NCBI GenBank assembly: GCA_963823665.1
Contig: CAWGMQ010000004.1
Span: 1,952,001-2,016,000, forward strand
Source of the DNA: an uncultured Planctomycetota bacterium
Lineage (GTDB): Bacteria; Planctomycetota; Planctomycetia; Isosphaerales; Isosphaeraceae
DNA: 64,000 bases
Reading direction: 5' to 3'
In this document: piece by piece, positions 13,940 through 25,163 of the stretch
How positions within the stretch are numbered: position 1 is the first letter of the stretch
How the letters are laid out: every line of letters begins with the position of its first letter
The notes under the pieces: generated by a model
The model's input: only the letters and a program-made list of their open reading frames with translations
Told to the model about the DNA's origin: nothing
The model's database searches: none
Program-made: the position numbers and the translations under genes

Positions 13940-14698
13940 ATGGCAAACCATTCCTTCGAAGTCATTCCCGTGCTCGACCTCAAGAACGGCCGCGCCGTCG
14001 CCGCCTTGGCCGGCAACCGTGATCATTATCAGCCGGTTCGAAGCATCTTGCACGCAACTTCCAATCCCCTGGACCTCGCCCGTGCCATCCGCGAAACCCT
14101 GGGGCTGCGCACGCTCTATCTCGCCGATCTCGATGCCATCGCCGGCAACGCCCCCGCTGTCGCGCTCTATGAGAATCTCATCTCGATCGGCTTCCACTTG
14201 ATGGTTGATGCCGGTCTGCGCAACCTGCGATCGGCCGCGTGGTTGCTCGATCTCGTTCCGAAAACCAGTACCATCGTGGCTGGCCTCGAGACGCTCGATG
14301 GCCCCCACGCTCTGGCCGAAACGCTGGCGAAAATCGGCGCGGACCGCACAATCTTGAGCCTCGATCTCGTGAACGGCCGCCCGCGCATTGCCACGCCCCG
14401 CGCCTGGAAGTCCCTAGAACCGATCGAGATTGCGCACCAGGCGATCGAGCAGGGTGCTCGCCGTCTGCTCTTGCTCGACCTCGCTCGCGTGGGCACAGGC
14501 CGCGGCTTGGGAACTTGCCGCCTGCTTTCGCAAATTCGGGTAGATCATCCCGAAGTCCAGGTCAGTGCCGGCGGCGGAATCGCGGAAATCGCCGACGTTC
14601 TCGAGCTAAGGCGCTCAGGCGCCTCCGCCGCGCTCGTTGCCTCGGCGTTGCACGACGGCCGGATCGGCTGGCGTGAGCTCGCCCTTCTGGTCGACTGA
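13940..14698 (+). CDS. HisA/HisF-related TIM barrel protein of H4MPT clusters
   Basis: IPVLDLKNGRAV, YLADLDAI, VDAG, LDLARVGTG, AGGGI, ASALHDG. Confidence 0.85.
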   Translation: MANHSFEVIPVLDLKNGRAVAALAGNRDHYQPVRSILHATSNPLDLARAIRETLGLRTLYLADLDAIAGNAPAVALYENLISIGFHLMVDAGLRNLRSAAWLLDLVPKTSTIVAGLETLDGPHALAETLAKIGADRTILSLDLVNGRPRIATPRAWKSLEPIEIAHQAIEQGARRLLLLDLARVGTGRGLGTCRLLSQIRVDHPEVQVSAGGGIAEIADVLELRRSGASAALVASALHDGRIGWRELALLVD

Positions 14699-14725
14699 CC
14701 GGCCGCCACCTCACCTGGGTGTCGC

Positions 14726-15223
14726 TCATCCATCCCGGCGCCATTCAACCGCCGCCGATTGACCGAAGCTCTCTTCGACGTCGACGCGCACAATCCGCGG
14801 TAGCTTCCAGCCACGATCACTCATGGCCTCTCGCAGCCGCCCGGCAATGTAATCGGCCAGCAGCTCCGCCGTCGTGTTGGCGACCGGCAAGAACACGCAT
14901 TCCTCGCGTGGGAAGCTCCAGAATCGGTCGCGATAGGTCACGCGCACATTCGGCCCGTCATCATGCAACTGGATCTGCTTGCTCCGCGAAGGCAGCAGCA
15001 TGCGATGATCCAGCTCGTCCGTGATGGCACGGGTCAAATCCTTGAGTGCAATGAAGTCGACCACGTAGTGATTCTGATCGAGGTCATCTTCCACCTCGAC
15101 TGCGACCCGGTAATTGTGACCGTGGATTCGCTCGCAATGATCGCCGTCGTAAGTAATGAAATGCCCCGAGCAGAAGACCAGGTAGTCTTTCGTGACGCGA
15201 ACGGTGAAGCAAGAGGACGACAT
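14726..15223 (-). CDS. 6-pyruvoyl-tetrahydropterin synthase family (COG0720) protein
   Basis: FCSGHF, CERIHGHNY, VVDF, LDHRML, NTTAELLA, VEES. Confidence 0.9.
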   Translation of the reverse strand: MSSSCFTVRVTKDYLVFCSGHFITYDGDHCERIHGHNYRVAVEVEDDLDQNHYVVDFIALKDLTRAITDELDHRMLLPSRSKQIQLHDDGPNVRVTYRDRFWSFPREECVFLPVANTTAELLADYIAGRLREAMSDRGWKLPRIVRVDVEESFGQSAAVEWRRDG

Positions 15224-15238
15224 GGCTGCACGAGCCTT

Positions 15239-17065
15239 TCAACGATCCGCGACGGGTATCGGACTGCCGTCATGCACAACCAGTTCCGCCGCTCCCACGA
15301 GATAGCAATGCCCCTGCGCCAGCTTGAGGTTCCACACCGTTTGTGCTGGTTCTGGGGAAATGGCCTCGACTCGCATCGGGCCGCTCGCAGATAGGATCTG
15401 ATCGCCGGCCTTCAGGTCGCCGGCCCGGATCCATCCGTGTCCAAGCTTGGCGAACGGATGACCTCCAGTGGTGACAATCGAATCGCCGCCCACCGTCAAC
15501 CGCAGTGTCATCGAGGCAGTCGATTGTTGCACTGCGAAAATCGTCTCCGCATGCCGGACCCCATCGGCATCAGGGCCGCTCATCACGCGATCACCGCAAT
15601 GGAGGCTCTCGATGGTTTGCACACCGGCCGGGGTCAGAACCGGCGTGCCGGCGGCGAGGCACTGGCCCGTCTTGGGCGGCGCGCCCTTCTCGTGATCCAG
15701 AACGATGCAATACCCCGGGTTGCTGATGGTATTGCCGTTCGCGACTCGCGCTGGGCCGGAAGCAGGCAAATAAGGGAGTGCGACCTGCATGTCGAACGTC
15801 ACTTTATCGCGGTCCTTCGGTGCGATGTACGTGTACCCGCGCTTCTCCATCCACCACTTGAGCCACGCCTCCCTGTCTTCTCCCAGATCCTTGCCGGAGA
15901 CTTGGCGCAGCGCCTCGGCCAGACGGGCATTTCTTTCGCGAATCGTCGCATTGACCGACTCGATGACATTTACGTCGTTCGCAAGTTGAGCCTGAGCACC
16001 CGCGGCGACCTTGCTGGCTTCCTGGAGCTCAAATTCTGCGTCGATCTGCGCTTGAAGCAGATTTCTCTCGAATTGTTGATAAGCCTGGCTGGGGTCATTG
16101 TATTTCGGCGGGTTCTTGGGCGCCCATGTCCAATCGTAGATGAACAACGGCACACCATTCGCTATGCCGATTTGCTTTGCACCAGGCTTGGGCGGCCAGG
16201 GAGGCGGGGAATCTGTCTTCAGCGGCAGCAGAATCTGGTCCGGCACAAGCTCGGACATCGTCGTAGCGAGCTGCGAGCTCGTCGGCGGCATGTAAAACCG
16301 CCGCATCTCGAATTCTTCTCCCTCGACGAGGAGCGTCCCCGGCATCCCCGGCCCGGCAACTTGCTTCACTTCATACTTGATCGGGTCGTGCAGCAGTCCG
16401 ATCCAGTTCATCAGGACGTCCATGTGATCGCGCCGAGCCAGGCTCGTGGTCGCCGCACGCCTGATGACCTCGTTCTTCCCCAGAATGGCCAGGCCTGCCA
16501 GCGCACGCGATGGCCGTTCGCCTTCGATATGACCGAGAATGTCGATCGCCATTTCCTGGTCTTCGGGCTTGCCTGTAGCAAACGCCTTCCAGATTGAAGG
16601 CACCGCCCGCGGATCCGTCACCGCCGCGAGCGCACGCTCAGACTCTGCCCGTTTCTCTTTTCGGGCCAGCCCGGTCTTCCAGCCTTGAATGAGCGGCCGC
16701 CAGTGCGCGTCGGCCTTCTTCTGCGCCTCCGCTTCAGCGCGCTCGGCAGCGATCTTGGCAGGCGTCGTCCACTTGCCGTTCTGCTTCAAATAACCCAGTT
16801 TTTTCCAGGCAGCCTCGCGATTGGGATCGAGCTGGCAGACAATCAGAAACTCCATCTCCGCTTGCTCTTTCAGCCCTTTCCGCTCGCACCACAAACCGAC
16901 CTTCCAGTGCCCGTCGGCGGTGTGGGGTCCCTTGGCCCGCATCGCGTTGTATTCGTCCAGCAAGGATCCATCCGCCCGCTTCTCGATTCCAGATCGAGAG
17001 GCCCTGGAATCATCCTGCGAAGCACCCGAGAGCAACAGCATCGCGACGATGAAGGTCGAAACCAC
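15239..17065 (-). CDS. Secreted helical-repeat protein with C-terminal Hint (intein-like) domain
   Basis: Signal peptide; TPR/HEAT-like helices; CLAAGTPV...GDRV...TTGGHPF...W..AGDL..GD...VWNL...YLVG...VVHD. Confidence 0.85.
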   Translation of the reverse strand: MVSTFIVAMLLLSGASQDDSRASRSGIEKRADGSLLDEYNAMRAKGPHTADGHWKVGLWCERKGLKEQAEMEFLIVCQLDPNREAAWKKLGYLKQNGKWTTPAKIAAERAEAEAQKKADAHWRPLIQGWKTGLARKEKRAESERALAAVTDPRAVPSIWKAFATGKPEDQEMAIDILGHIEGERPSRALAGLAILGKNEVIRRAATTSLARRDHMDVLMNWIGLLHDPIKYEVKQVAGPGMPGTLLVEGEEFEMRRFYMPPTSSQLATTMSELVPDQILLPLKTDSPPPWPPKPGAKQIGIANGVPLFIYDWTWAPKNPPKYNDPSQAYQQFERNLLQAQIDAEFELQEASKVAAGAQAQLANDVNVIESVNATIRERNARLAEALRQVSGKDLGEDREAWLKWWMEKRGYTYIAPKDRDKVTFDMQVALPYLPASGPARVANGNTISNPGYCIVLDHEKGAPPKTGQCLAAGTPVLTPAGVQTIESLHCGDRVMSGPDADGVRHAETIFAVQQSTASMTLRLTVGGDSIVTTGGHPFAKLGHGWIRAGDLKAGDQILSASGPMRVEAISPEPAQTVWNLKLAQGHCYLVGAAELVVHDGSPIPVADR

Positions 17066-17091
17066 GCTTCACCTCCGACTGACCTGGTCAG

Positions 17092-19183
17092 CTAACTCGC
17101 GCGATCAAACCCGCCAGGACTCCCTAGCGCGGATAGCGAACCCTCCGTGATGGCCGTGCTATCAAACGGAGCAACCACCGGACGGGCCACCCCTTCGTCG
17201 TGGGCCAGGATTCCGAATTCGCCCACGGCAATTCCCGGTCCCTCCCCCAGTTGAACGTGATAAACCGGCTCGATGCCCAGGTCCTCAACCTCGGTCAGTC
17301 GCCGTAGGCCACTGATGCAGCGGATCGATTCGCCCGGCTTTAGATCTTCCACCATCGCCCAGCCCTTGCCGGCCACCCACAAGCGTTCCATGGCGGTAGT
17401 TTCCACTGGCTTGCCGCCGATGGTCAGCTTCTTGATCGGTTGGCGCATGCCATGGCGAATCGCAAGCACCGGCTTGTAGCTCCACCCCCCGGTCTCTGAG
17501 TTGTTGGCGAGCACCAGGTCACCCGTCCGGAGCGATTCCAGCGGTTGAATACCCCTGAGCGTCCAGACCGGCGTCCCCGCGCGGAAGCCGGGAAGCATCG
17601 CTCGTTTGCTCACCATCTTGGGTGCAGGCGCAGCCTTCTTATCCGGCTCGCGCGGCCGTGGGACGGGGGTCGTGGAGGTCTCGATCAACTCGGTCCACCA
17701 TTTGATCCAGTCCTTCCGCTTTGGCCCATGCGTCTCAAGCAAGGCCGCCCGGAGTGCCTCGGTCGCACGGTCGTTCTTCCCGTTCACATCATCATTGTAA
17801 CGGTCGAGCGCCGCCACATCCTCGAGGAGCTGCTCCTTCGAAATCGCCGCCTTCTGCTGGGCCTGCATCATGAGCTGGCCAACGGGAATCGGCACCGTGA
17901 GCGGCATCATGTATGCTGACCCAAGCCCAAATGAACCTCCCATCATATTGGCCGCGGCCTGCTGGTTCTGGACCATCTTCTGACCGAGTGCAACACCCTG
18001 CGCCCCCAGAACCTTGCCCAGCACCTGCGGAGCGTTCGAGAGATCGGGCGATCCCATCAAGAGCGGATTGATTGCGGCAGCCGCGGGCTCGAGTGTGAAG
18101 CCCACAACCCGATTGGCCACGGGAAGGCCGTATGCGTCGAAACCGACCATGTCCGTCGGCTTCATGGTCGTCAGCGGCGGCGGCGCCTCGTAGAAGAACC
18201 GTCTGTTGGCTTTCTCGCCGTGCACGTAAAGCTCCCCCGGCTTCCCTGGCCCGAGCACTTCGCGTACTTCATACTCGATCGGGTCTCGAAACACGCTGAT
18301 CAGGGGCGCGACAAACTCGCGCGGATCACGCTTCAAAAGCGCATCAGCCGATCGACCGCGAATTTGGTCCGTCGCGCCCGATGATCGCCAGCGAGGCCAG
18401 CGCACGCGAGGCCGCCGGCGAATCGATCTGGGAAAGCAGACGAACCGCTCGTTCCTGATCCGCCGCCCCGCCCACGACGAAGACCTTCCAGATTGCCGGT
18501 ACCGCACGCGGGTCGCGCACTTGGCCCAGCGCCGCCTCCGCGTCCTCTCGCTTCGACTTGCGAGCAAGCCCCCCGTACCATTTCTCGAGCAGCGGGCGCC
18601 AGTGTGCGTCAGCCCTGCGCTGATGGTCGGCCTCGGCTTTCACGGCGGCCGCCAGGTCGGCTGTCGTCCACCGCCCCTTCGGCTTCTGATACCCCAGCTT
18701 CTTCCACGCCTCCTCCCGCGCGGGGTTCAGCCGAACCACCGCAGTGAAGTGCGCCCTGGCCTCGGCCTGTAAACCGTTCTCCTCACACCACTCGGCAAGT
18801 TGCCAGTGCGCCTGGGCCGTGTCAGGTATCTTCTCCCGGCGAGCACGATAAGTCGCCGTGCTCGTTTTCGCCTTGGCGTCCGTCAAATGCTCGTCAACCA
18901 CCGCCTGTGGCGCACGCCACTCACCGCCATCGGAGACCTGTCCCAGCAGCCCGTGAACAGCCGGATTGTCGGGCTCAAGCTCGAGCGCAATCGCCAGGTG
19001 CTTGTGCCGCTGCACCTGCATCCCATGCAGCTCGCACCACGATGCCAGCCGGATGTGCGCCTGACGTCGCCGGCCCGCTTTCGCTGCGGCAGCCTCATAA
19101 GCGCTCAGCTCCTCCGGTGTCGGGGAATCTCCCGGCACGACCATCAAGAGGCAGGAAGCAACCACAGCAAAGTACAACATCAA
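17092..19183 (-). CDS. Paralogous secreted helical-repeat protein with degenerate Hint domain, frameshift near 18370
   Basis: Shares AWKKLGY, ADAHWRPL, DPRAVP.IWK.F, DPI.YEV..V.GPG.PG.L blocks with its neighbour; GFRAGTPV...VYHV...LAHD Hint-like C-terminus. Confidence 0.8.
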
Positions 19184-19384
19184 CCACCCTCCAATCGCAC
19201 CACGGCAGATCGAGGAAGGCTCATCGGAATGACCCTGCAGAACGTATCAAACAAGCCGCGCCACCAGATCGACCCTGGGCTGTCCAGCTCCAGGCCTCGT
19301 CAAGCTGGCGGTTCGTCTTCCGTGTCACCCTCAAGCTCAGATTGTACCCTTCCAATCCAATCGACGGCACCCTTTCCTTCACGC

Positions 19385-20288
19385 TCATTCGAAGTTTTGT
19401 GTGAATGGTGGACAAATTTTCCCGTCCCGGAGCGCCGCGTACAGCACTGCCGTGACCAGGTCGGCGGTTGTTCCCGGGTTGAATCCATTCTCGGGCGCCC
19501 GCAGCCACTGGTCAAATTCCTCGCTGACCCGCCTGGCGTCTGCTCGGCCGGGCCAGCCCGATTCGAGCACGCCGGCAGCCCGCAGAGACACGTCCCGCGC
19601 ACAGCTCGCGCCGTGCTTCCGCTGAATCAGCGAATCGGGGTGTCGCGCCAGAAGCTGTAGGTACAGTGTGATGATTGCAGTCTCAAGCGGCAGCCCGGCC
19701 TGCCGCGCCTCGATGAACGCTGGCAGCCCCTCTCGCAGCACTTCCCGAAACCCGTTCGCGTACTGAAGGGCGATCGTATCTCGAGAAGCAGCCAGAGCCA
19801 TCACACCCCGGAGTGACACCGTCGGCTCGCGATTGATGTCCTCTTCGGCCACTTCGCCCAGTCCGCCTGGCTGTGCGAGCCTGATCGCGCGATAAACGAG
19901 GCTCGCGTCCGCGACCGTCGTCCGGGCGAGCACCCTCTCCACGCCTTCGGCAAGGGTGATTCCCTCGGGAACCGCCGCCAAAGGCGCCAGCAAGAGCACG
20001 ATGCCCAGATTGGTGTTGGTGCTCACGACAGACGCGCGTCGCTCGAACACACTGGAGCACGGTGGCGCCGATTCCTTCGGAACCAGCTCGGTCAAGGGGC
20101 TCGGCAATCGCCGTGGCGCTCGCGAGGAAGTCAACGAAGTGCAGGCCGGGCAGGTCGGCAAACCGATGCACGTTCCCCGGCTTCCTGGCAGTCACCTCCA
20201 GTAGACAGGCAAGCTCGGCGAGCCGTCCGGCGCTCAATCGCTCTTTGGTCCCGGATCCGCGAGACGGCCCGGGGAGTTCTGGCGTCAT
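19385..20288 (-). CDS. Triphosphoribosyl-dephospho-CoA synthase (CitG)-like protein of H4MPT clusters, frameshift near 20035
   Basis: LEVTARKPGNVH, NTNLGIVLLLAPL, AIRLAQPGGLG, PDSLIQRKHG, NPGTTADL. Confidence 0.85.
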
Positions 20289-20294
20289 GTTGGC

Positions 20295-21230
20295 CTATCG
20301 TCCCATGTCTTTGAGGGCGCTGAGAATCGCTGCAGCCACGTCGATCCCTGTCACACGCGCCAGGGCCCGCCAGCCCGGAACGGCGTTGACCTCGAGCACA
20401 ACCATGCGGTCGAGATCCAGATCCATGATCAGGTCGACACCGGCCATCTCCGCCCCGATCGCTCGGGCCGCAGCCAGTGCCAGCCCCTCCGACTCGCAAT
20501 CCAGCCGCCAGGGCTCTGCTCTTCCTCCCAGCGACACGTTGGTACGCCACTCCCCCGGTTGTGCATGCCGGCGCATCGCGCCGAGCACATTGCCGCGCAG
20601 AACGAACACCCGCACGTCGTGTCCCGGATGCCGGACGACGCGCTGGAGGTAAAGAACCGCATTGAGCCGTTCGAGCGCATGAAAAGTCCGCCAGGCGAGC
20701 TCGGTGTCGCTGACTCGCATGAGGCCGCGGCCTTCGGAACCAAACAGCGGCTTGACGACGACGTCGCCCCCGAGCTCCTTGAATGCTACCAGAGCATCGG
20801 TCGCGGTCTCGCCGGCCCAGGTCGCCGGCACGGCAATGCCCTTTTGTTCCAGCAGTGAGAGCGTCAGATACTTGTCGACCGCGGCCTCGACGGCCCGCGG
20901 GGGATTGAGGACCGGAACGCCGGCGGCCACGACTCGGTGGAGCGCGTCCATGCGGAAGACGACCTGTTCGAGACTGCCCGGCGGCATCATTCGGACGAGC
21001 ACGCCGTCAGCGGTCAGCAGGTCGATGCCCTCGACGACAACGCCCGAGTGACGATTCTCGCGACCCCCGCTGATGCCAGTGAACGTCTCCCAGCTTGGGT
21101 TCACGCCCACACCGACCTTCACCCGGGGAAACAATGCAGGACGGAGCGATACCCCCATGCGATCCGCAGCACGCCTGAGGTCCTCAACATGCCAGCCGAA
21201 TCCAGAAACCAGCGCACAAAATGATGTCAT
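20295..21230 (-). CDS. RimK-family alpha-L-glutamate ligase (MptN-like)
   Basis: GSLEQVVFRMDAL, VDKYLT, KPLFGSEGRG, WRTNVSLGG, GVDL, LEVNAVPGW. Confidence 0.9.
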   Translation of the reverse strand: MTSFCALVSGFGWHVEDLRRAADRMGVSLRPALFPRVKVGVGVNPSWETFTGISGGRENRHSGVVVEGIDLLTADGVLVRMMPPGSLEQVVFRMDALHRVVAAGVPVLNPPRAVEAAVDKYLTLSLLEQKGIAVPATWAGETATDALVAFKELGGDVVVKPLFGSEGRGLMRVSDTELAWRTFHALERLNAVLYLQRVVRHPGHDVRVFVLRGNVLGAMRRHAQPGEWRTNVSLGGRAEPWRLDCESEGLALAAARAIGAEMAGVDLIMDLDLDRMVVLEVNAVPGWRALARVTGIDVAAAILSALKDMGR

Positions 21231-21382
21231 GATTTAGGACGCCGGTAGTCTGGCAAAAGATTGACGGTTATCGAGCAGCTTTATCGCGGCCGGCAAGCCT
21301 GGTTTCGGCCGGATAATTCACAAAGACGGTAAATCTGGACGATACCCCTGATAGGAAGAATCGGCATAAAGCGCAAAGGACG

Positions 21383-24300
21383 ATGAAGTCTTGGGGGGGG
21401 CGGGCCATGGATGGTCGACGAAAATTCCTCGTGATGCGGTTCGTCCTCGTCATCGGGCTGCTTGGTGCCTGCCCGTTTTGGTCGCGCGCCGACGGCCTCG
21501 AAGGTCTCACACAGTTCTTCAAAGGCGACGATGAGCCTCTCACCTTGAAAGAAGTTGCCTACCAGGTCGACTGTATCGAGGGGAAATTAGCGCATGCAGG
21601 TACGATCGGGGTCAAGATACCCGACGTCTGGGGCCAGAACCGGATGACCCGGTACCGGGCCGAGTTCGAGCTCCAGATGGCTCAGAACCTCGGCCAGTTT
21701 CAGCTCATCCTGCAAGGGGCGCAGAGGCGGTCAGATACCGCCGTCCTGACCAGCGCCACTTCGCTGGCGGCGACGGTCGCGGCGGCGGGGACGGCCGCCC
21801 CGAGACGCGGGTTGGTGGGCTCGTCCAAACCCGCGCCGACCATCATCCCCGCCAGCACGGCCCTGCCGATTAGCGCAGCCCTGCCCACTGCCGTAGGGAC
21901 AACGCCCCTGCCGACCATCAACATCAACACGGGCGGCAGCGGCTCGTCTTCGAGCGGCGGTGGATCGGGTTCCTCCGCGGGCGGAAGCTCGAGCTCGGCG
22001 GCCTCATCGGCCGCGTCAGCCACTGACCCGACTGCGCTGCTGAGCGATATCAGCGCGAAGCTCGCCGCTCTTCAATAGGGGCTCCTCCAGTTGCCCCCGA
22101 ACATCAACAACTTCGTCACGACGACAGGGCAGACCGGGGTCGGGATCGAACCGACGATCCAGCTCGACGAACAACAGACTTACATAAACCACCTGCACCA
22201 GCTTAGAAGGGTCAATGGCGGCGACGATAGCTCCGACATGGCTGGCTACGGCCTCTACCTGCTGCGCATGCCCATCACGGTGATGCCGGGGCCCGCGTCG
22301 CGCAAAGGGAAGGGCGCAATTGTAACCTTGGAGGCTCGGCACGAGCTCACGGACGACCTTCTCGAAAACACGCTCCGCGACGTCGTCATTCTCGACGCGA
22401 CCTATGCGCTGACCCAGGTACTCAACGACGAGCTGCACAGCCATATTTGCCTCAAATGCATCGCGGCCAAGAAAAAGGGAAGCGCTGCTCATGCGCATGC
22501 GCCAGCTCGTGCCGGCCAGCAGATTAACCAGGGCGCTCAGATGATCCCAGATGTGGACGAGATCGACGACGATGACTGTTCCGACGAAGACGAGGACGAT
22601 TTGCTCGACGCCGAGCAGCGCTCCCTGATCGGAGGCTTGAAGACTGGCGCCGGGCCAAACTCGGTGAGGCTCGGCGACCTGCGAATCATTCTCGGATCCA
22701 CCTGTTGGCCGGCACCCCTCCACAGCGCTGAGGGAGAAGCAGCGCCGCAAGAGAAGACGAAGAAATTCGAGGTACCGAAACCGGGCGTACTGCCCGGGCC
22801 AAAGGAACTCGAGCCGCCGAAGCCGGAAAATCAGCCGAAGAAGACCTGGTCCGACCCCCGAAGCAGAACTAAGTCCCCCGCTTCGGCCGAAGTGATCCAA
22901 ACGAGTTATCAAGGAGCTCGCGCCGCGCGTCCGCGCTGGAGCGCGTTGCTGCCAATCGCGTTGCGAGGCCCAAATAACCGGCTCAAGATTCTCTACAGTG
23001 CGATCAACCGGGCGCAGCAGGACCCCTACCGGCACGACCCCTCCACCCTGTCGCTGCTGCGCGCGGCACTTCTCGACACGTACTTCTTCATGCAGACGAA
23101 TGCACAGAAAACGCCGCTGTTCCAGGCCGAAAGAATCAGGACCCTCGGCGAGCTCTATCTTCAGAGGAATTACAAGCTGTTGATCCAGGAACGGGAAAGG
23201 TTCTTGAAAGAGCTCGTGGCCTGGCGGAACGGGTACCCGCCAGGACAGTATCCGGGCCCGTGGGACCGGGACTCAACGCTCTGGGAGAGACAGTTGAGCG
23301 CAACCGACATCCTGGCGTTCCTTTTGGAGATTCAGTTTTACGCCGTCGACCACTGCCTCAAGGATGACATGACGAACGTGGCCACTCAACAGAAATTGCC
23401 GTGTGGCGAGCTGGAACAGCTCATCTTCTATGACTTCGAGCCGAGACCTGACGAGCAGGCGGCCTTCAAGGACTACGTTGCGCAAGTGGCCCCTCAAGAT
23501 CTATTCCGTCGATCCGGTAATCAATCAGCAGAACGTGCTCGACGCGTTCAGCCGGCGCAGCGAGCTGCAACTGGCGCTGGCGGCGTCTGTCGCGGCCGGG
23601 AAGGTCAGCATCAAGAATGCGACGTCCTACGCCCGGCAGCTCGACCTGGATCTGGAGACAGTCGGTTTGAATCGCACGGCCGTCGGATTCGGGGCGGGCG
23701 AGACGACCTTCGGCTGGATGTTCTACCCGAGGGTCCAGACTCCTCCCACACAAAGCAATCCCAGGCGGATTGCCGGCCTCCTCTACTGGAACGGAACTCC
23801 ACCGGACTACGAGCTCAAGAACCGCCGCATCGAACCCGGGCAGCAGGAGTGCATCGCACTCATCGTGGCCCCGAACTTCATTCCGTCGATCGGATTGTCG
23901 ACCGTCGCCAACTGGTTCGACATCACGAACTGCCATGCGGCCAAGAATCTGAGCAACCGCGACATGCTGGATTACAGCCACAAGCTGCAAAGGGCCCAGA
24001 ACGCACTGGCCCGGATCTGCGACTCGCGGGAATACCGGCAGAGTGACCTGACTAGCTTGACCCGGCGGGTGAAGCAGCTCTCCGAGCTCTTGCCAACTCA
24101 GGACTATCGCGTGTGCCTTCCCGACGAAGGAGATCTGCTGGGCTCGGAAATCTTCAGCGATAACGCCGCGGGCCTGGCTCCCTCGCTCTTGGCGTGGTAT
24201 GGAGAGCACCCGCAGGAGGGCCAGAATTCCACGATCTTCTTGATGGGTCGCGGCTTCAACGTCATCGAGACGCAGGTCGTCGCCGGCGGCGTCGACGTGC

Positions 24301-25163
24301 CGGAGGCCCAGCGCCGGCTCATCAGCCGAAACGTCATGGAGATCATCATTCCGGCAAACGCCCGGATCGTCAAACACAAGTGCGCAGTCCCGGAGGAAGA
24401 GGACGACGAGGACGAGCCCGACCCCGGCGCGAACCCGAACCCCAACCCGGCGCTTCCCTTGAACCCGAAGCCGGCGAAGAAGAAGAAGGCGAAGACGTGC
24501 GGTTGGGCGATGATCGACGTCCACATCGCCACGCCAAACGGAATCTCCAACCACCTTTACGTCGAGACCGACGCCAAACAGACCCCCGAAGCGGTCAAGA
24601 ACGTCGTCATGACCGCGACCACGACCACAACAGGTGACCCGGCGCAGCACCGGACAACCACATCCACCCGCGTCGAGACCACCCCACCGGGACTCGCTCT
24701 TCCGCCTCTGACCGTGCTTCCGCTCGGCACCCAGTGGCCGGCGAACACCGTGATGGCCCAAGGCTCCGTCACCGGCGCACCGGCAGGCTCAGTGTTCCCC
24801 GGAATGGTCAACACCCCAGCGCCGGCTGCGCCGATCCCGCCTCCCGTCCTCGACACGACGGCGCCACCCGCCCCGTCGGTGCCATCGACGCCGGCCCCCA
24901 GTCCTCCGACGGCCCCTTCGATCGCACCGGAGGGTATCGTGCAGCCACCGCAAAAGCAGCCCGACGCGCCTGTCGACATGCGGCCCGCCGGCAGCCCTGC
25001 CCCCGAACCAACGACTTCCCTGCCTCGGGCATCCACCGCAACGAGGCTCTCGCAATCCGTGAAACCGGCACAGCCTCCACGAGTTGGGTACGATGAGGCC
25101 GTCAGTCCAGCGCGGTTCGCGGGTGAAAGACGGGCAACCACACCCATCCCCCCGCCGAGATGA
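21383..25163 (+). CDS. Very large secreted protein of unknown function (about 1260 codons), in-frame TAG at 22076 and frameshift near 23483
   Basis: Signal-like N-terminus; ORFs at 21383 and 22091 share a frame across one TAG; DYVA-(R)KWPLKIY continues in the next frame; Ser/Gly, acidic and Pro-rich linkers. Confidence 0.7.

Noticed and set aside
15239..19183. Classical polymorphic toxin or self-splicing intein
   Set aside because: No C-terminal toxin domain, no immunity gene, His-Asp instead of His-Asn, and no Cys/Ser/Thr directly after the terminal residue
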